Source: an uncultured Methanomicrobiales archaeon
GTDB lineage: Archaea > Halobacteriota > Methanomicrobia > Methanomicrobiales > Methanospirillaceae
Assembly (NCBI GenBank): GCA_963697895.1
Contig: OY969100.1
Location: forward strand, 512,001-576,000
DNA length: 64,000 nucleotides
Reading direction: 5' to 3'
Below, piece after piece: positions 29,973-40,328 of this stretch. A program made the position numbers and the translations under genes. Each line of letters starts with the position of its first letter. The stretch's first letter is position 1. Under the pieces are notes generated by a model that made no database searches, was not told where the DNA came from, and worked only from the letters and a program-made list of their open reading frames with translations.

Positions 29973-31319
29973 ATGGCCGTCCACCCCATCGAATACCGGT
30001 ATGGGACCCCCGAAATGCGGGAAGTCTGGAGCGAAGAGTACCGTTTTCATCGTATCATAGACGCGGAGGTCGCCCTAGCAGCGGCGCTTGCCGCGCATGG
30101 CATAATACCGGCTGAAGCGGCGGCTGAGATCCGGAATCATGCCCATGCCACACAGATTTCCCGCGCAAAAGAGATTGAAGATGAGATCCATCACGATATG
30201 ATGGCGATCGTGAAGGCAATTGCCGAAGAGTGCGGGGAGGCAGGTCGCTGGGTCCACTTCGGTGCAACCTCCAATGACATCCTCGACACCGCCACCGGGC
30301 TCCAGATCGGGGCATCCCTGGACATCATCGAGGCAAAACTCTGCAGGTTACTTGCCGTGTTGCTCCTGCGGTCTGAGGAGACGAGGACACTCGTCTGTGC
30401 GGCAAGGACACATGGCCAGATCGGCGTTCCAACAACATATGGCCTCCGTTTTGCGATATGGGCAAGCGAGGTCGCCCGCCACATCGATCGCCTCCGGCAG
30501 CTCCGCAGCAGGGTTGTTGTGGGACAGCTGACGGGAGCGGTCGGAACGCAGGCCTCTCTCGGACCGAAGGGGATAGCCATCCAGATCTCCATGATGGAAG
30601 AGCTCGGCCTCGTACCGGTGGACGTATCGAATCAGGTAATATCACGTGACCGGTATGCCGAATATTTCTTCCTGCTTGCCAATTCGGCTACCACCCTCGA
30701 CAAGATCGGGATCGAGCTCCGGACTCTTCAGCGTACGGAGATCGGGGAGGTCGAAGAGGCATTCGGTAACCGCCAGGTCGGGTCGAGCACGATGCCGCAT
30801 AAACGGAATCCCATTCGGAGCGAGCAGGTCTGTGGTCTCGCACGCGTCATCCGTTCGGCCGTGGAGCCCGCCCTCCTGAACAACACTCTCTGGGACGAAC
30901 GCGACCTGACCAACTCCTCGTGCGAACGGGTGATCTTTCCCGAAGCGACCATCCTGGCCGACCATATTATTCTTCTCATGGTGCAGGTCCTCGGTGAGCT
31001 GGAGATTAATGTCCCCAATATCCGGAAAAATCTGGCACATCTCCAGGGTATCAATATGGCGGAATCGGTCATGATCGAACTCACGCGCCGGGGTATGGAT
31101 CGTCAGTCAGCCCATGAGGAGGTCCGAATTGCCAGCATGAGAGCGCTTACCGAAAACCGCCCGCTCGCGTCTGTTTTATCTGAAATGAATGAAAGCAGGT
31201 TATATCTCACACCGCAGGAGATTACGGCATTGCTTGACCCTGATCATTATATCGGCACTGCAGTCGAACAGGTCGACAGGCTCATTGCAAAACTAGAACC
31301 GCTCTGCACAGGTAAATAA
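29973..31319 (+). CDS. purB: Adenylosuccinate lyase
   Basis: MAVHPIEYRYG, HFGATSND, ARTHGQ, GSSTMPHKRNP. Confidence 0.95.
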   Translation: MAVHPIEYRYGTPEMREVWSEEYRFHRIIDAEVALAAALAAHGIIPAEAAAEIRNHAHATQISRAKEIEDEIHHDMMAIVKAIAEECGEAGRWVHFGATSNDILDTATGLQIGASLDIIEAKLCRLLAVLLLRSEETRTLVCAARTHGQIGVPTTYGLRFAIWASEVARHIDRLRQLRSRVVVGQLTGAVGTQASLGPKGIAIQISMMEELGLVPVDVSNQVISRDRYAEYFFLLANSATTLDKIGIELRTLQRTEIGEVEEAFGNRQVGSSTMPHKRNPIRSEQVCGLARVIRSAVEPALLNNTLWDERDLTNSSCERVIFPEATILADHIILLMVQVLGELEINVPNIRKNLAHLQGINMAESVMIELTRRGMDRQSAHEEVRIASMRALTENRPLASVLSEMNESRLYLTPQEITALLDPDHYIGTAVEQVDRLIAKLEPLCTGK

Positions 31320-31461
31320 ACCGTTTGTGAATGATCAACACTACCCCCGATTGGGGCAATCCGGCATACGCCGCCGTTAATATCCGGGTGTAAAATCCTC
31401 TCAGAGAAATGGTAGGGGGGGTCCCCGCTGAAAGGCAAATCCTGGATCTCCTGAGAACCGG

Positions 31462-32157
31462 TTATTCTTCACTTTTTTCTTCCGCAGTCGGACGCAGAAA
31501 CTTCTCCATCAGCACGATCTCCTGGATATCAGGTATTGCCTCGAAGGCTTCATGAACGATCCGGCTTCGCCAGAGCACCCATCTCCGGTCATACGCGATC
31601 CCCGGAGGGAGGGTGATCGTCATCTTTCCTGCTTTCATGGTAAGGTCGAGGTCACGCCCAGAATAGAGCTGGATGAGGCCTTTCATCTGTTCCTTGGCGC
31701 TTTCGACGCTCGCCTCGATGGTATAGGTATAATGGAGGCTTTTTCCTGAAAGAGGATGATTAAAATCAACAATAACCCTGCTCCCAATCGTGTCGATTAC
31801 CACGCCTTCGCCTTTCTCCTCGATCTTGACATGCATTCCTTTCGAAGGCTTCTCCTTGAACACATTTTTCGGAAAAGACTCTATTCGCTCGGGATCGTGT
31901 GGTCCGAATGCTTTTTCAGGTGGGATCTCGATCTCCCCCGTGTATCCGACCTCTTTTCCAGGGAGGTCATCGTCGAGCCCCAGAATGACATGGCGGCTTC
32001 CCACCCGTATCACAACCGGTCCGTACTGTGCCTGAGGGTTATATATGTCGGCCTGCTTTGCCGTCTCCTCATCGGTTGTATCGAAGACCTTCCCATCAAA
32101 ATCTCCCGTATAGCTCAGTCTGATAAAATTTCCTTCCTGTATCGCCATGAGTATCAC
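31462..32157 (-). CDS. FKBP-type peptidyl-prolyl isomerase (long archaeal SlyD-like)
   Basis: GKVFDTT, IPPEKAFG, VDFNHPLSGK. Confidence 0.9.
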   Translation of the reverse strand: MILMAIQEGNFIRLSYTGDFDGKVFDTTDEETAKQADIYNPQAQYGPVVIRVGSRHVILGLDDDLPGKEVGYTGEIEIPPEKAFGPHDPERIESFPKNVFKEKPSKGMHVKIEEKGEGVVIDTIGSRVIVDFNHPLSGKSLHYTYTIEASVESAKEQMKGLIQLYSGRDLDLTMKAGKMTITLPPGIAYDRRWVLWRSRIVHEAFEAIPDIQEIVLMEKFLRPTAEEKSEE

Positions 32158-32206
32158 CCTGACTATATAAGGTCACGGGTATGATAGATAAAACTGTGGA
32201 AGAATC

Positions 32207-32737
32207 ATGCTCGAAATCGAGTTGAAAGTGCGGGTGGAGAGTCTGGATCCGGTACGAGACCGGCTCATCAGGCTTGCGGGGTCACCTGGCACCCGTACCA
32301 CCGAAGAGGATACCTATTTTAACGCACCGCATCGCGATTTTCGCAAAACGGACGAAGCGCTCAGGGTTAGGTATAGCAACGGAATCTCCACCCTGACGTA
32401 CAAAGGGACAAAACAGAAGGAGTTCGCCTTTAAAGCCCGTGAGGAGCTATACACAGGAGTTGAGTCGGGACCGGTACTGGAACTGATCCTCGATCGGCTT
32501 GGGTTTACCCGTGCCGCAAATGTCAGAAAGATACGGGAGTACTTTTCCTACCGTGAGGCCTCGATTGCACTGGACCAGGTCGAAGGTCTGGGCAGTTTCG
32601 TCGAGATTGAAGTGATTGCCGAGGAGGGGCAGTCATTTTCTTCCGATTTAATCGGGCAGATTGCAGAAGAATTGGGAATTTCCGGGGAGCCCATCCTCCT
32701 CTCTTATCTGGAACTGATCCAGTCTAAACCGTCATAA
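32207..32737 (+). CDS. cyaB: CYTH-family (class IV adenylate cyclase-like) protein
   Basis: EIELK, DTYF, ALRVR, LGSFVEIE, SYLEL. Confidence 0.88.
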   Translation: MLEIELKVRVESLDPVRDRLIRLAGSPGTRTTEEDTYFNAPHRDFRKTDEALRVRYSNGISTLTYKGTKQKEFAFKAREELYTGVESGPVLELILDRLGFTRAANVRKIREYFSYREASIALDQVEGLGSFVEIEVIAEEGQSFSSDLIGQIAEELGISGEPILLSYLELIQSKPS

Positions 32738-33365
32738 GCTTGATCGTGATCTCTTTCGGTTCATCACCGAAATGGATCATGGCGCAGTTCCCCATCATGG
32801 CGGGGCCTGGATTTACGATTTTCACTCCATCTTCCTCCATGATCCCTTTCTCCTCGTGAAGATGTGCACAGCAGACGAGGTCGAAAGACGAGAGGTGTCG
32901 CCGGATGCTTTGACTCCCGACATGATTTCCCCCAGCCATATCGAGTATTCCACGGGGAGGGCAATGCGAGAGAAGGACATTATGGACAGAACGTTCCATT
33001 TTAGGGATCACCTGGTGAAGGATATCGTCGATCTGTTTATCGGTCATTTCGAACGGTGAGTTGAAGGGGGTAGGGTTTGACCCTCCGACACCGACGATCG
33101 TGATCTTTCCAAGGTTAATCTGGGAACCATGGAGACAGACGCAGTCCGAGTGCTCCAGTGCATCGATACTTTCCCGGGGATCCGTGTTTCCCGGTACGGC
33201 AAAACAGGGAACATCTATCTGGGACATCAGGGAAACGATAGATTCTACCGGTCCCATATTGGTGATGTCGCCGGCAATGAATACTGCATCTGGGCCTAAA
33301 TCCAGAAATGAGTCAATCTGACCGAATTGGCCATGCAGATCTGCTATCAAGAGCACATCCATCAT
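32724..33365 (-). CDS. Calcineurin-like metallophosphoesterase
   Basis: ADLHG, AGDIT, PGNTD, SHCPP, CAHLHE. Confidence 0.88.
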   Translation of the reverse strand: MMDVLLIADLHGQFGQIDSFLDLGPDAVFIAGDITNMGPVESIVSLMSQIDVPCFAVPGNTDPRESIDALEHSDCVCLHGSQINLGKITIVGVGGSNPTPFNSPFEMTDKQIDDILHQVIPKMERSVHNVLLSHCPPRGILDMAGGNHVGSQSIRRHLSSFDLVCCAHLHEEKGIMEEDGVKIVNPGPAMMGNCAMIHFGDEPKEITIKLMTV

Positions 33366-34483
33366 GTTATATCATTCGGAGGGTTTCTAAAAAACCTTAT
33401 CTCCGGGTCACTCCAGGATCCGGTCAATTTTCCTTTAATCGAAAGTTTTCCCAGGGCACGAACAGTCTCCGGAAGCAAAGAACGCGGGAGTGCGTTGGAG
33501 AGCGGGGTACCCGGAAGCGGAATGAACTGGTGGATATGGACAATACCAGAGCGCGTGACCCATTCGATCAACGCGAGAGTGTCCAGCTGCTCTTCATCGG
33601 TCTCATCCGGCAGGCCGACGATGAAATCGACCACTGGAAGGACCCCCGCATCGAAGCAGGTCTCGACCGCTGCTATGACATCCGCCACTGTATGCCCACG
33701 CTGGAGTCGTTTGAGGACAGAATCGCTCCCTGACTGGGCGCCAAAATGCAGACGGGTATTTGTACAATATCTCGTGATGAGATCAACAGATTCTTCCCGG
33801 ATAAATTCCGGTCTCACTTCACTCGGGAACGTCCCGAAGTAGATCTGGTTTTTCAGACGGCGGAGCAACCGTTCGATCCGGTCGAACCGGGGATGAATGC
33901 CATCGTCGGAGCCGTATCCAAATGCATTCGGACTGACAAACCGTGCGTGGCGGTACCGGGATGCGAAACGCGCAATCTGATCGGGTGAACGATGACGTAT
34001 ATGAGCCCCGAAGAGCCGGGGTGTCTGGCAGTACGTACAGCCGTAGGGACATCCCCGCGATATCTCGACGTACCCGTTCGTCTGTGAGAAGGGAGCATAT
34101 CCATCGAGCCGGACCGTGGTCTCCGCGGGCTCAAACCCTTCGGCCGTCGCAACCCCGGGAATAGCCCCGGATTTTCCATCCTCGATATGGGCGAGGAGGA
34201 GCGGGAGAGTATATTCCCCCTCTCCCACAACGACATAATCAGCGAAACGGGCGAGTTCCCGGTAACATGCCGAGGAGTGAGGGCCCCCCGCTATGGTAAT
34301 ACATTCTGCATTACGGATTTCTGACAGGTAATGCCTCACCGAGATGGAGTTCAGGCTGTAACAGGTCACCTCGCTCCGGGGATTCCCAACCGGGTGCATC
34401 GAATAACCAGATGCTTCGCATGCAGCAGAAAGTACTGCATATGAGTTACCCGCTGACCGGATCTTCCTCCAGTTTATTCTCAT
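33362..34483 (-). CDS. B12-binding-domain radical SAM protein (TIGR04013-like)
   Basis: AGGPH, VVGEGE, EISRGCPYGCTYCQ (CxxxCxxC), GTFPSEVRPE, GAQSGS; start MRINWRK chosen. Confidence 0.85.
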   Translation of the reverse strand: MRINWRKIRSAGNSYAVLSAACEASGYSMHPVGNPRSEVTCYSLNSISVRHYLSEIRNAECITIAGGPHSSACYRELARFADYVVVGEGEYTLPLLLAHIEDGKSGAIPGVATAEGFEPAETTVRLDGYAPFSQTNGYVEISRGCPYGCTYCQTPRLFGAHIRHRSPDQIARFASRYRHARFVSPNAFGYGSDDGIHPRFDRIERLLRRLKNQIYFGTFPSEVRPEFIREESVDLITRYCTNTRLHFGAQSGSDSVLKRLQRGHTVADVIAAVETCFDAGVLPVVDFIVGLPDETDEEQLDTLALIEWVTRSGIVHIHQFIPLPGTPLSNALPRSLLPETVRALGKLSIKGKLTGSWSDPEIRFFRNPPNDIT

Positions 34484-34550
34484 ATGCCGGGTAAACCTGT
34501 CGATTCCTTCCTGTGTCGGAGCAAACGGTTCATCATCCCATCCTGGAGAA

Positions 34551-34961
34551 TCAGGGGCCGAGTTCCCCCTCGTAATCGAGTTCACCTGTGTCCCCGTTCA
34601 CCGTTGCCCGGGTGCCTGTTATCAGTCGGGTTAGGGGAACCTCGAGGCGATCGATCATCGGTATCCCGGAGATGATCGCACCCACGACAATGATCGGTTC
34701 TGCTTCTTCGTTTATTATCGCCGCCGGTGCATGTCCGTTCCGGCTGAGCGCGTATAGAACATAAGAACCAACCGTCGATCCTTTTCCGTACGCGAACGCG
34801 AGCACCCTCCCCGTAATACTGGTACCACGGAGGGGATGTCCCTGTTCGATTATCAACCCGGTATCGGGATCGACACCGGAGAGAAATGAGAGGGGAGCTG
34901 CACTAACCAGGATCTCCCCGGAAGCGATTCCCTTTACGATCCCCCGGCCCCGGATTATCAA
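34551..34961 (-). CDS. DUF126/AcnX swivel subunit (phosphomevalonate dehydratase small subunit-like)
   Basis: LSFLSGVDP.TG, GHPL, GKGSTVGSYV, APAAII. Confidence 0.85.
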   Translation of the reverse strand: MIIRGRGIVKGIASGEILVSAAPLSFLSGVDPDTGLIIEQGHPLRGTSITGRVLAFAYGKGSTVGSYVLYALSRNGHAPAAIINEEAEPIIVVGAIISGIPMIDRLEVPLTRLITGTRATVNGDTGELDYEGELGP

Positions 34962-35005
34962 AAACGCACCTAATAAATGTATGAAACGGGAGATATAATA
35001 GTGAT

Positions 35006-36166
35006 ATGGAAGAGACGATCGTCAATAATATTGGAAATGAGGGGGAATTAAAATTAAAACTCAAACTTCAGGAACTCGAGTCCCAGCTCCTTGATCTCCG
35101 GGTCAAGAGCGATGAGCTCCTGAAGGAGAACGCTTCATTGCGGAGGGAAAATAACCAGCTGAAAAGAATGCCGCTTTTTGTGGCGGTCGTCATCGATATG
35201 CTCGATAACGGGGAAGTCTACCTGCGACAACAGGGAAACAATCAGGAATATCTTACCCATGTGAATGAGGAGATCTATAAGCAGCTAAAAACAGGAACGA
35301 AGGTGGCGGTTAACAACGCCCTTTCGATCGTCCGGATAGTCGGAAATATCTATGATTCACGGGTCAGGGTGATGGAACTGGACGAGTCTCCCAGTATCAC
35401 GTTCGACCAGATAGGCGGGCTCGAGCATGAGATTGAGGAGGTCCGTGAGGCAGTAGAATACCCGCTGACGAAACCGGAGATATTCAGACGGGTCGGGGTT
35501 GAGCCGCCGAAAGGTATCCTTCTGTACGGTCCGCCGGGAACCGGCAAAACACTGATTGCGAAGGCCGTTGCTCATGAAGCGAAGGCGACCTTTATACGGA
35601 TGTCCGGAAGTGAACTGGTCCATAAATACATAGGAGAAGGCGCACAGCTGGTCAGGGAGCTCTTTTCGCTTGCACGCGAACGGGCCCCCTCGATCGTCTT
35701 CATCGATGAGATAGACGCGGTCGGAAGCATGCGGACCAATGACGGTACTTCCGGCAGTGCCGAGGTGCAAAGGACCCTGATGCAGCTCCTTGCCGAGATG
35801 GATGGATTTGACACCCGCGGGGATGTTCGGATCATGGCAGCGACAAACCGGGTTGACATGCTGGATCCGGCACTCCTGCGACCCGGCCGGTTTGACCGGT
35901 CCATTGCAATCCCGCTCCCGGACAAACCGGCAAGGAAGGCGATCCTCCGGATCCATTCCCGCAAGATGTTGCTGGAAGGGGTCGATCTTGATCGGATCGT
36001 CGATATGACCGAAAATACGACGGGGGCTGAACTTCAGGCGATCTGCCGGGAGGCTGGGATGATGGCGGTCCGGCGTGAGGCGAACGGGATCTCCATGAAG
36101 GATTTCCTGGAAGCCGTAACAAAAGTGAAGGCTGAAGTAGTCTTTGATGGAAGGATGTATACCTGA
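35006..36166 (+). CDS. pan: Proteasome-activating nucleotidase, paralog 1
   Basis: Coiled coil, OB domain, [21 protein letters not shown]; C-terminus RMYT (HbYX). Confidence 0.93.
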   Translation: MEETIVNNIGNEGELKLKLKLQELESQLLDLRVKSDELLKENASLRRENNQLKRMPLFVAVVIDMLDNGEVYLRQQGNNQEYLTHVNEEIYKQLKTGTKVAVNNALSIVRIVGNIYDSRVRVMELDESPSITFDQIGGLEHEIEEVREAVEYPLTKPEIFRRVGVEPPKGILLYGPPGTGKTLIAKAVAHEAKATFIRMSGSELVHKYIGEGAQLVRELFSLARERAPSIVFIDEIDAVGSMRTNDGTSGSAEVQRTLMQLLAEMDGFDTRGDVRIMAATNRVDMLDPALLRPGRFDRSIAIPLPDKPARKAILRIHSRKMLLEGVDLDRIVDMTENTTGAELQAICREAGMMAVRREANGISMKDFLEAVTKVKAEVVFDGRMYT

Positions 36167-36255
36167 TCGGGAGGAATGGTGCGCGGGAACCCAGGCCAGG
36201 AACGTTTCCAAGGATGGCAAATCCCCGGCTGGGATAACGAGAATCGTGATGCTGA

Positions 36256-36732
36256 ATGAATATCCTTTTTCTCCAGCGTCCCGGGGTAAACCTGTACGAA
36301 ACCCTCCTCCAGTCTGAAACCAGCAGGCATGCCCTCCGCTTTTATCGCCCGGTCGCTGTTCCGGGCGGAATTTCCGTTACCACCGCGACTCTCGGGAGTG
36401 CACTTTCCCTGGTCTCCGAACTCCGTTGGTACGTGCGTAGGTACATGGAAGACGTGCTCTTTGAGTTCAGTGACGAAAAGTACTGCACCCATAACCTGGC
36501 CCGGGAAGTCTATTATGATCGCACCACAAGCCTTGAACCACCATGGGCGTTCCGACGGCTCTATATCATCCGCGATGGGGTGCTCGTCTCGCGGGTTCCT
36601 CTTCCGGCAGGAACGACCCGTGAAGATTCCCGGGAGAAGCACAAGACGGATGATATCTACTTCGAGGTCTGGTATTCGGAAAACGAAGGGGTCTTCAACG
36701 AGTCCCTTGAAGAACCGGAAGCAGAAGAATGA
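36256..36732 (+). CDS. Conserved archaeal hypothetical protein (DUF5804-like)
   Basis: NLYETLLQSETSR..LRFY, SELRWYVRRY; follows pan. Confidence 0.7.
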   Translation: MNILFLQRPGVNLYETLLQSETSRHALRFYRPVAVPGGISVTTATLGSALSLVSELRWYVRRYMEDVLFEFSDEKYCTHNLAREVYYDRTTSLEPPWAFRRLYIIRDGVLVSRVPLPAGTTREDSREKHKTDDIYFEVWYSENEGVFNESLEEPEAEE

Positions 36733-36920
36733 GATACATTCCTTTATTTTATCTACAAATTTTCCGGGGAGATCTTGGAAACGAAGAACTCATGAATGTT
36801 ATTGATTACGGGGAAGAAAGGATATTACATGCTTTGATTAGTCCATGAAAATGTAAATGGTGGCAGTTCTCTCTCCGGATATGTTACCGGGCCGGACGAT
36901 ACAAAAGAAGGTTGGATGGA

Positions 36921-37156
36921 CTATTTTTTCTGTTCTCCTTTGGCACGGGAAATACTCCATGCAATCAGGATCGTGGCAATCACTGCAATGATGGTAACAA
37001 TAATTGCATAACTCAGGCAGGGATACTGTCGACAGTACCGAATATCTGTTTAAATATCGCCTGGATTGCTCCATTCCATGCCAGAGCCGCAATAATGCCG
37101 AATGCTGCTGTCATCAGCGCGGCAATCATCGTGTATACTTCATCTTTCAGTGCCAT
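36921..37156 (-). CDS. Small 2-TM membrane protein (DUF5654 / MscL-related), frameshifted at ~37017
   Basis: Not in ORF track as one frame: MALKDEVYTMIAALMTAAFGIIAALAWNGAIQAIFKQIFGTVDSIPA / LSYAIIVTIIAVIATILIAWSISRAKGEQKK. Confidence 0.75.
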
Positions 37157-37347
37157 GTCATTCACTGAAGGGGTAATTGACAAGAGTAATGATACAGTTT
37201 TCTTGCAGGATTCCCCTTGGAATGCCCAGGAATGAGATACCCCTGCTCTTTTCGGGGCTGAATAACAGGATTTTCCGATAGAAAAAATAATTCTGCGTTG
37301 AGCCGGATTGTTCCATGAAATTTTTCTGAAATAAAGGTTCGCCTGAC

Positions 37348-38289
37348 TCAGGGGATTATGGTGGTTCCTGCGCCGCCGTCAAGCGCGGCCAGGCTCAGCG
37401 CCGGGGTTGTTATAATAGCTGATTTTCCCCCTTCCCGCAGGAAGCGGATCGCCGATGTGATCTTCGGGCCCATGCTTCCCGGTGCGAAATGTCCTTCTTT
37501 TAAGTGTTCCTGTGCTTCGGCTGCGGTGATATGAGTCAGAGCGACCTGATTTTGTGTCTGGAAATTAAGATATGCATGATCCACGTCGGTGAGGATGAGT
37601 AGGATCTCCGCACCCACTGCAGTGGCAAGGAGTGTCGCAGAATGGTCTTTGTCGATAACTGCTTCGACCCCCTGGATAGTCCTGTCGGGCCTTAAAACAA
37701 CGGGAATTCCTCCCCCCCCACAGGCAATCACGATGGTCCCGCTCTTGTATAATGCCTTGATCGCATCCTGCTCGATAATCTCTATCGGTTCGGGGGACGG
37801 CACCACGCGGCGGTATCCCCGCCCACTGTCATTGACGATCTGCCATCCCTTCTCCACCCTGAGTCGTGCGGCCTCCATTGCGGTGTAGAAAGGCCCGATA
37901 GGTTTCTCCGGCTGCCCGAATGCCCGATCTGAAGCGTCAACAACCACCTGAGTGAGGAGCGTGACAACTGGGGTCCGGATTCCTGCATGTTTCATGACGG
38001 TGTCCATCGACTGCTGAATCATGTACCCGATCATTCCCTGTGATTCCGCATCACAGACGTCGAGTGGCATTGGCGGGAGCACACCCTTCGCAAGATCGTT
38101 CTGGAGAAGAATATCCCCCACCTGGGGACCATTCCCATGGGTGATCGCGATCTTCGACCCGCGGGAGACAAGTCGGACCAGATGCTCACAGGTCTCTATC
38201 ACGTTCGTCATCTGTTCTTCTGCGGTACCGACTTCCCGGTGTCTGAGGATCGCATTTCCTCCGAGTGCGATGACAATCCCTTCATTCAT
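37348..38289 (-). CDS. arcC: Carbamate kinase
   Basis: VIALGGNAI, THGNGPQVG, PEKPIGPFY, YRRVVPSP, GGGGIPV, EAVIDKD, GSMGPK. Confidence 0.95.
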   Translation of the reverse strand: MNEGIVIALGGNAILRHREVGTAEEQMTNVIETCEHLVRLVSRGSKIAITHGNGPQVGDILLQNDLAKGVLPPMPLDVCDAESQGMIGYMIQQSMDTVMKHAGIRTPVVTLLTQVVVDASDRAFGQPEKPIGPFYTAMEAARLRVEKGWQIVNDSGRGYRRVVPSPEPIEIIEQDAIKALYKSGTIVIACGGGGIPVVLRPDRTIQGVEAVIDKDHSATLLATAVGAEILLILTDVDHAYLNFQTQNQVALTHITAAEAQEHLKEGHFAPGSMGPKITSAIRFLREGGKSAIITTPALSLAALDGGAGTTIIP

Positions 38290-38436
38290 GGATGTTCTCC
38301 TCTTTTTGACCATGCTGCCCCGGAAAAGAGAATCACAAGTCCTCCCGTTTCATCATCCTACACTTTTCCGGATTCCTGTGGGCAATGGTTCAGAAAACCG
38401 CAAGAGAAAATAACCGGGACCTGACCAGGCGTCGGC

Positions 38437-39676
38437 TTATGCGAACATCGCCCCGTATGTGCTGATCAGGCGCTGGCGATCAAAGTCCTGACCGATCTTT
38501 TCGATCGCGTCAAGGAAATCTTCGTGCGTGATCTGTGTATGCTCCCTTCGAATCGCAAACATACCTGCTTCCATACAGATTGCCCTGAGATCGGCCCCGT
38601 TTTTACCCTCGGTAAGCCTAACAATATCCTGTAGGTCGACACCGGGATCGAGGTTCATCCCGCGGGTATGCACGTTCATAATTGCGATCCTGCCTTCCTG
38701 GTCAGGGAGCGGGATCTCGATGATACGATCAAACCTGCCGGGGCGGAGGAGGGCACGGTCAAGGATGTCGATGCGGTTGGTCGCCCCGATGATCTTCACG
38801 TCACCCCGCCGCTCAAACCCATCCATGCCCGCCAGGAGCTGCATAAGCGTTCGTTGGACTTCCCGGTCCCCCGAGGTGGTCGATTCCGTTCGTGAAGCCC
38901 CGATTGCATCTATTTCGTCGATGAATATGATCGTCGGGGACTTCTTCCGAGCCAGTTCGAATATTTCACGTACAAGGCGGGCACCTTCACCGATATACTT
39001 CTGTACCAACTCCGATCCGACGACACGGAGGAAATATGCCTGAGTTTCATGGGCAACAGCCCGGGCGAGAAGTGTTTTTCCCGTTCCGGGTGGTCCATGA
39101 AGCAATACGCCTTTCGGAGGTTCGATACCGATCTGGAGAAAAAGATCGGGCCGTTTCAGCGGAAGCTCAACAGCCTCCCGGATTTCGTTAATCTCCTTAT
39201 CAAGCCCTCCGATATCCCCATATGTCTCATCAGGGGCCTCGACAACCTCCATTCCATAAACCTGTGCATCAAAACTCTCGGGAAGGATGTCAACAACGGC
39301 AAGTGACTGCTGATTGAGCGTACACCGGACTCCCGGTTTTAACTGTTCGGGTTCAATGCACACAGAACTTCGGACGAGGAACCGTGGTCCTGCGCTGCTC
39401 CGCACAATAACCCGGTTTCCATCGATAACATCGGTGATGGTACCGATCACCAGTGGCGGGCTCCTCAGACTGCTCTATTTCGCTCTTTAATTTCCGTACT
39501 TCGCGCTCGAACCGGATTTTTTGTGTCTCAACATAGCGTTTGTCTGATTCCGCCTGCCGCAGCTGCTCCCGGAGTTCCATGTTCCTGGTTTCCATATTCG
39601 TCACCCGTTCAAGCAGGTACCGGTACGCATCTTCCGGATTTTCCTGTTCCTGCGGCTGGCGAGCGCTCTCTGCCAT
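38437..39676 (-). CDS. pan: Proteasome-activating nucleotidase, paralog 2, +1 frameshift at ~39469
   Basis: Coiled coil ...KSEIEQ / LRSPPLVIG across the break; [13 protein letters not shown]; C-terminus GAMFA. Confidence 0.92.
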
Positions 39677-39732
39677 TGTGTTTTCAAATAGATATATAGG
39701 GAAAAATGACTATAAAGATGTTTGCGAGAACC

Positions 39733-40233
39733 ATGCAGTGCGAATTATGTGGTACCAAAGCAAAATGGCCCCTGAAGACCGTCAGGATTGAGGGAGCCGA
39801 ACTCGAGGTATGCGGTGAGTGTGCCAAATTTGGTACCGAGGTTCAGCAGCCGAGAAAGAGCGCCGTAAAGGCGGCACCAAGGCGGGCCGGTCCGGCGGTC
39901 CCACCGGGTGTCCCGGCGAAACACAAAAGAGATGTATTCGACTTCATGGTCGGGGAGATCGTCGATGATTATGGAGAACGAATTCGGAAAGCCCGGAATG
40001 AGAAGGGATGGTCCCAGAAAGATCTCGCCATGGAGATTAAGGAACGTGAACTGCTCATTAAGAAAGTGGAAAAAGGGGACCTGATTCCTGAGGATGAGCT
40101 CAGGATTAAACTGGAAAGGGTGCTCGGAATTCGCCTGATCGATGTTTCTGAAGAGGATGAAGCGAAGAGGAGCTCCGATAAACTTGTTCCCACGCTCGGG
40201 GACGTCATCTCGATTAAAAAAGTACAGCGGTAG
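39733..40233 (+). CDS. Archaeal multiprotein bridging factor aMBF1
   Basis: Zn ribbon CELCG...VCGECAKFG plus HTH SQKDLA; PTLGD tail; divergent from pan. Confidence 0.9.
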   Translation: MQCELCGTKAKWPLKTVRIEGAELEVCGECAKFGTEVQQPRKSAVKAAPRRAGPAVPPGVPAKHKRDVFDFMVGEIVDDYGERIRKARNEKGWSQKDLAMEIKERELLIKKVEKGDLIPEDELRIKLERVLGIRLIDVSEEDEAKRSSDKLVPTLGDVISIKKVQR

Positions 40234-40328
40234 CCTGGTATCCCGATACCGACAACCTTCTCGTTTCAGGGGCGAAGACCCCAGCATGAATCATCCTTCA
40301 CCCACCCGATCCCGGGATACATGCGTGA

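Noticed and set aside
31320-31461. Short hairpins between convergent purB and the FKBP gene
   Set aside because: Stems are short and match no RNA family I recognise
33362-34483. Radical SAM gene as the RaSEA partner of ArcS
   Set aside because: It has a B12-binding-type architecture unlike RaSEA and is about 25 kb from arcS
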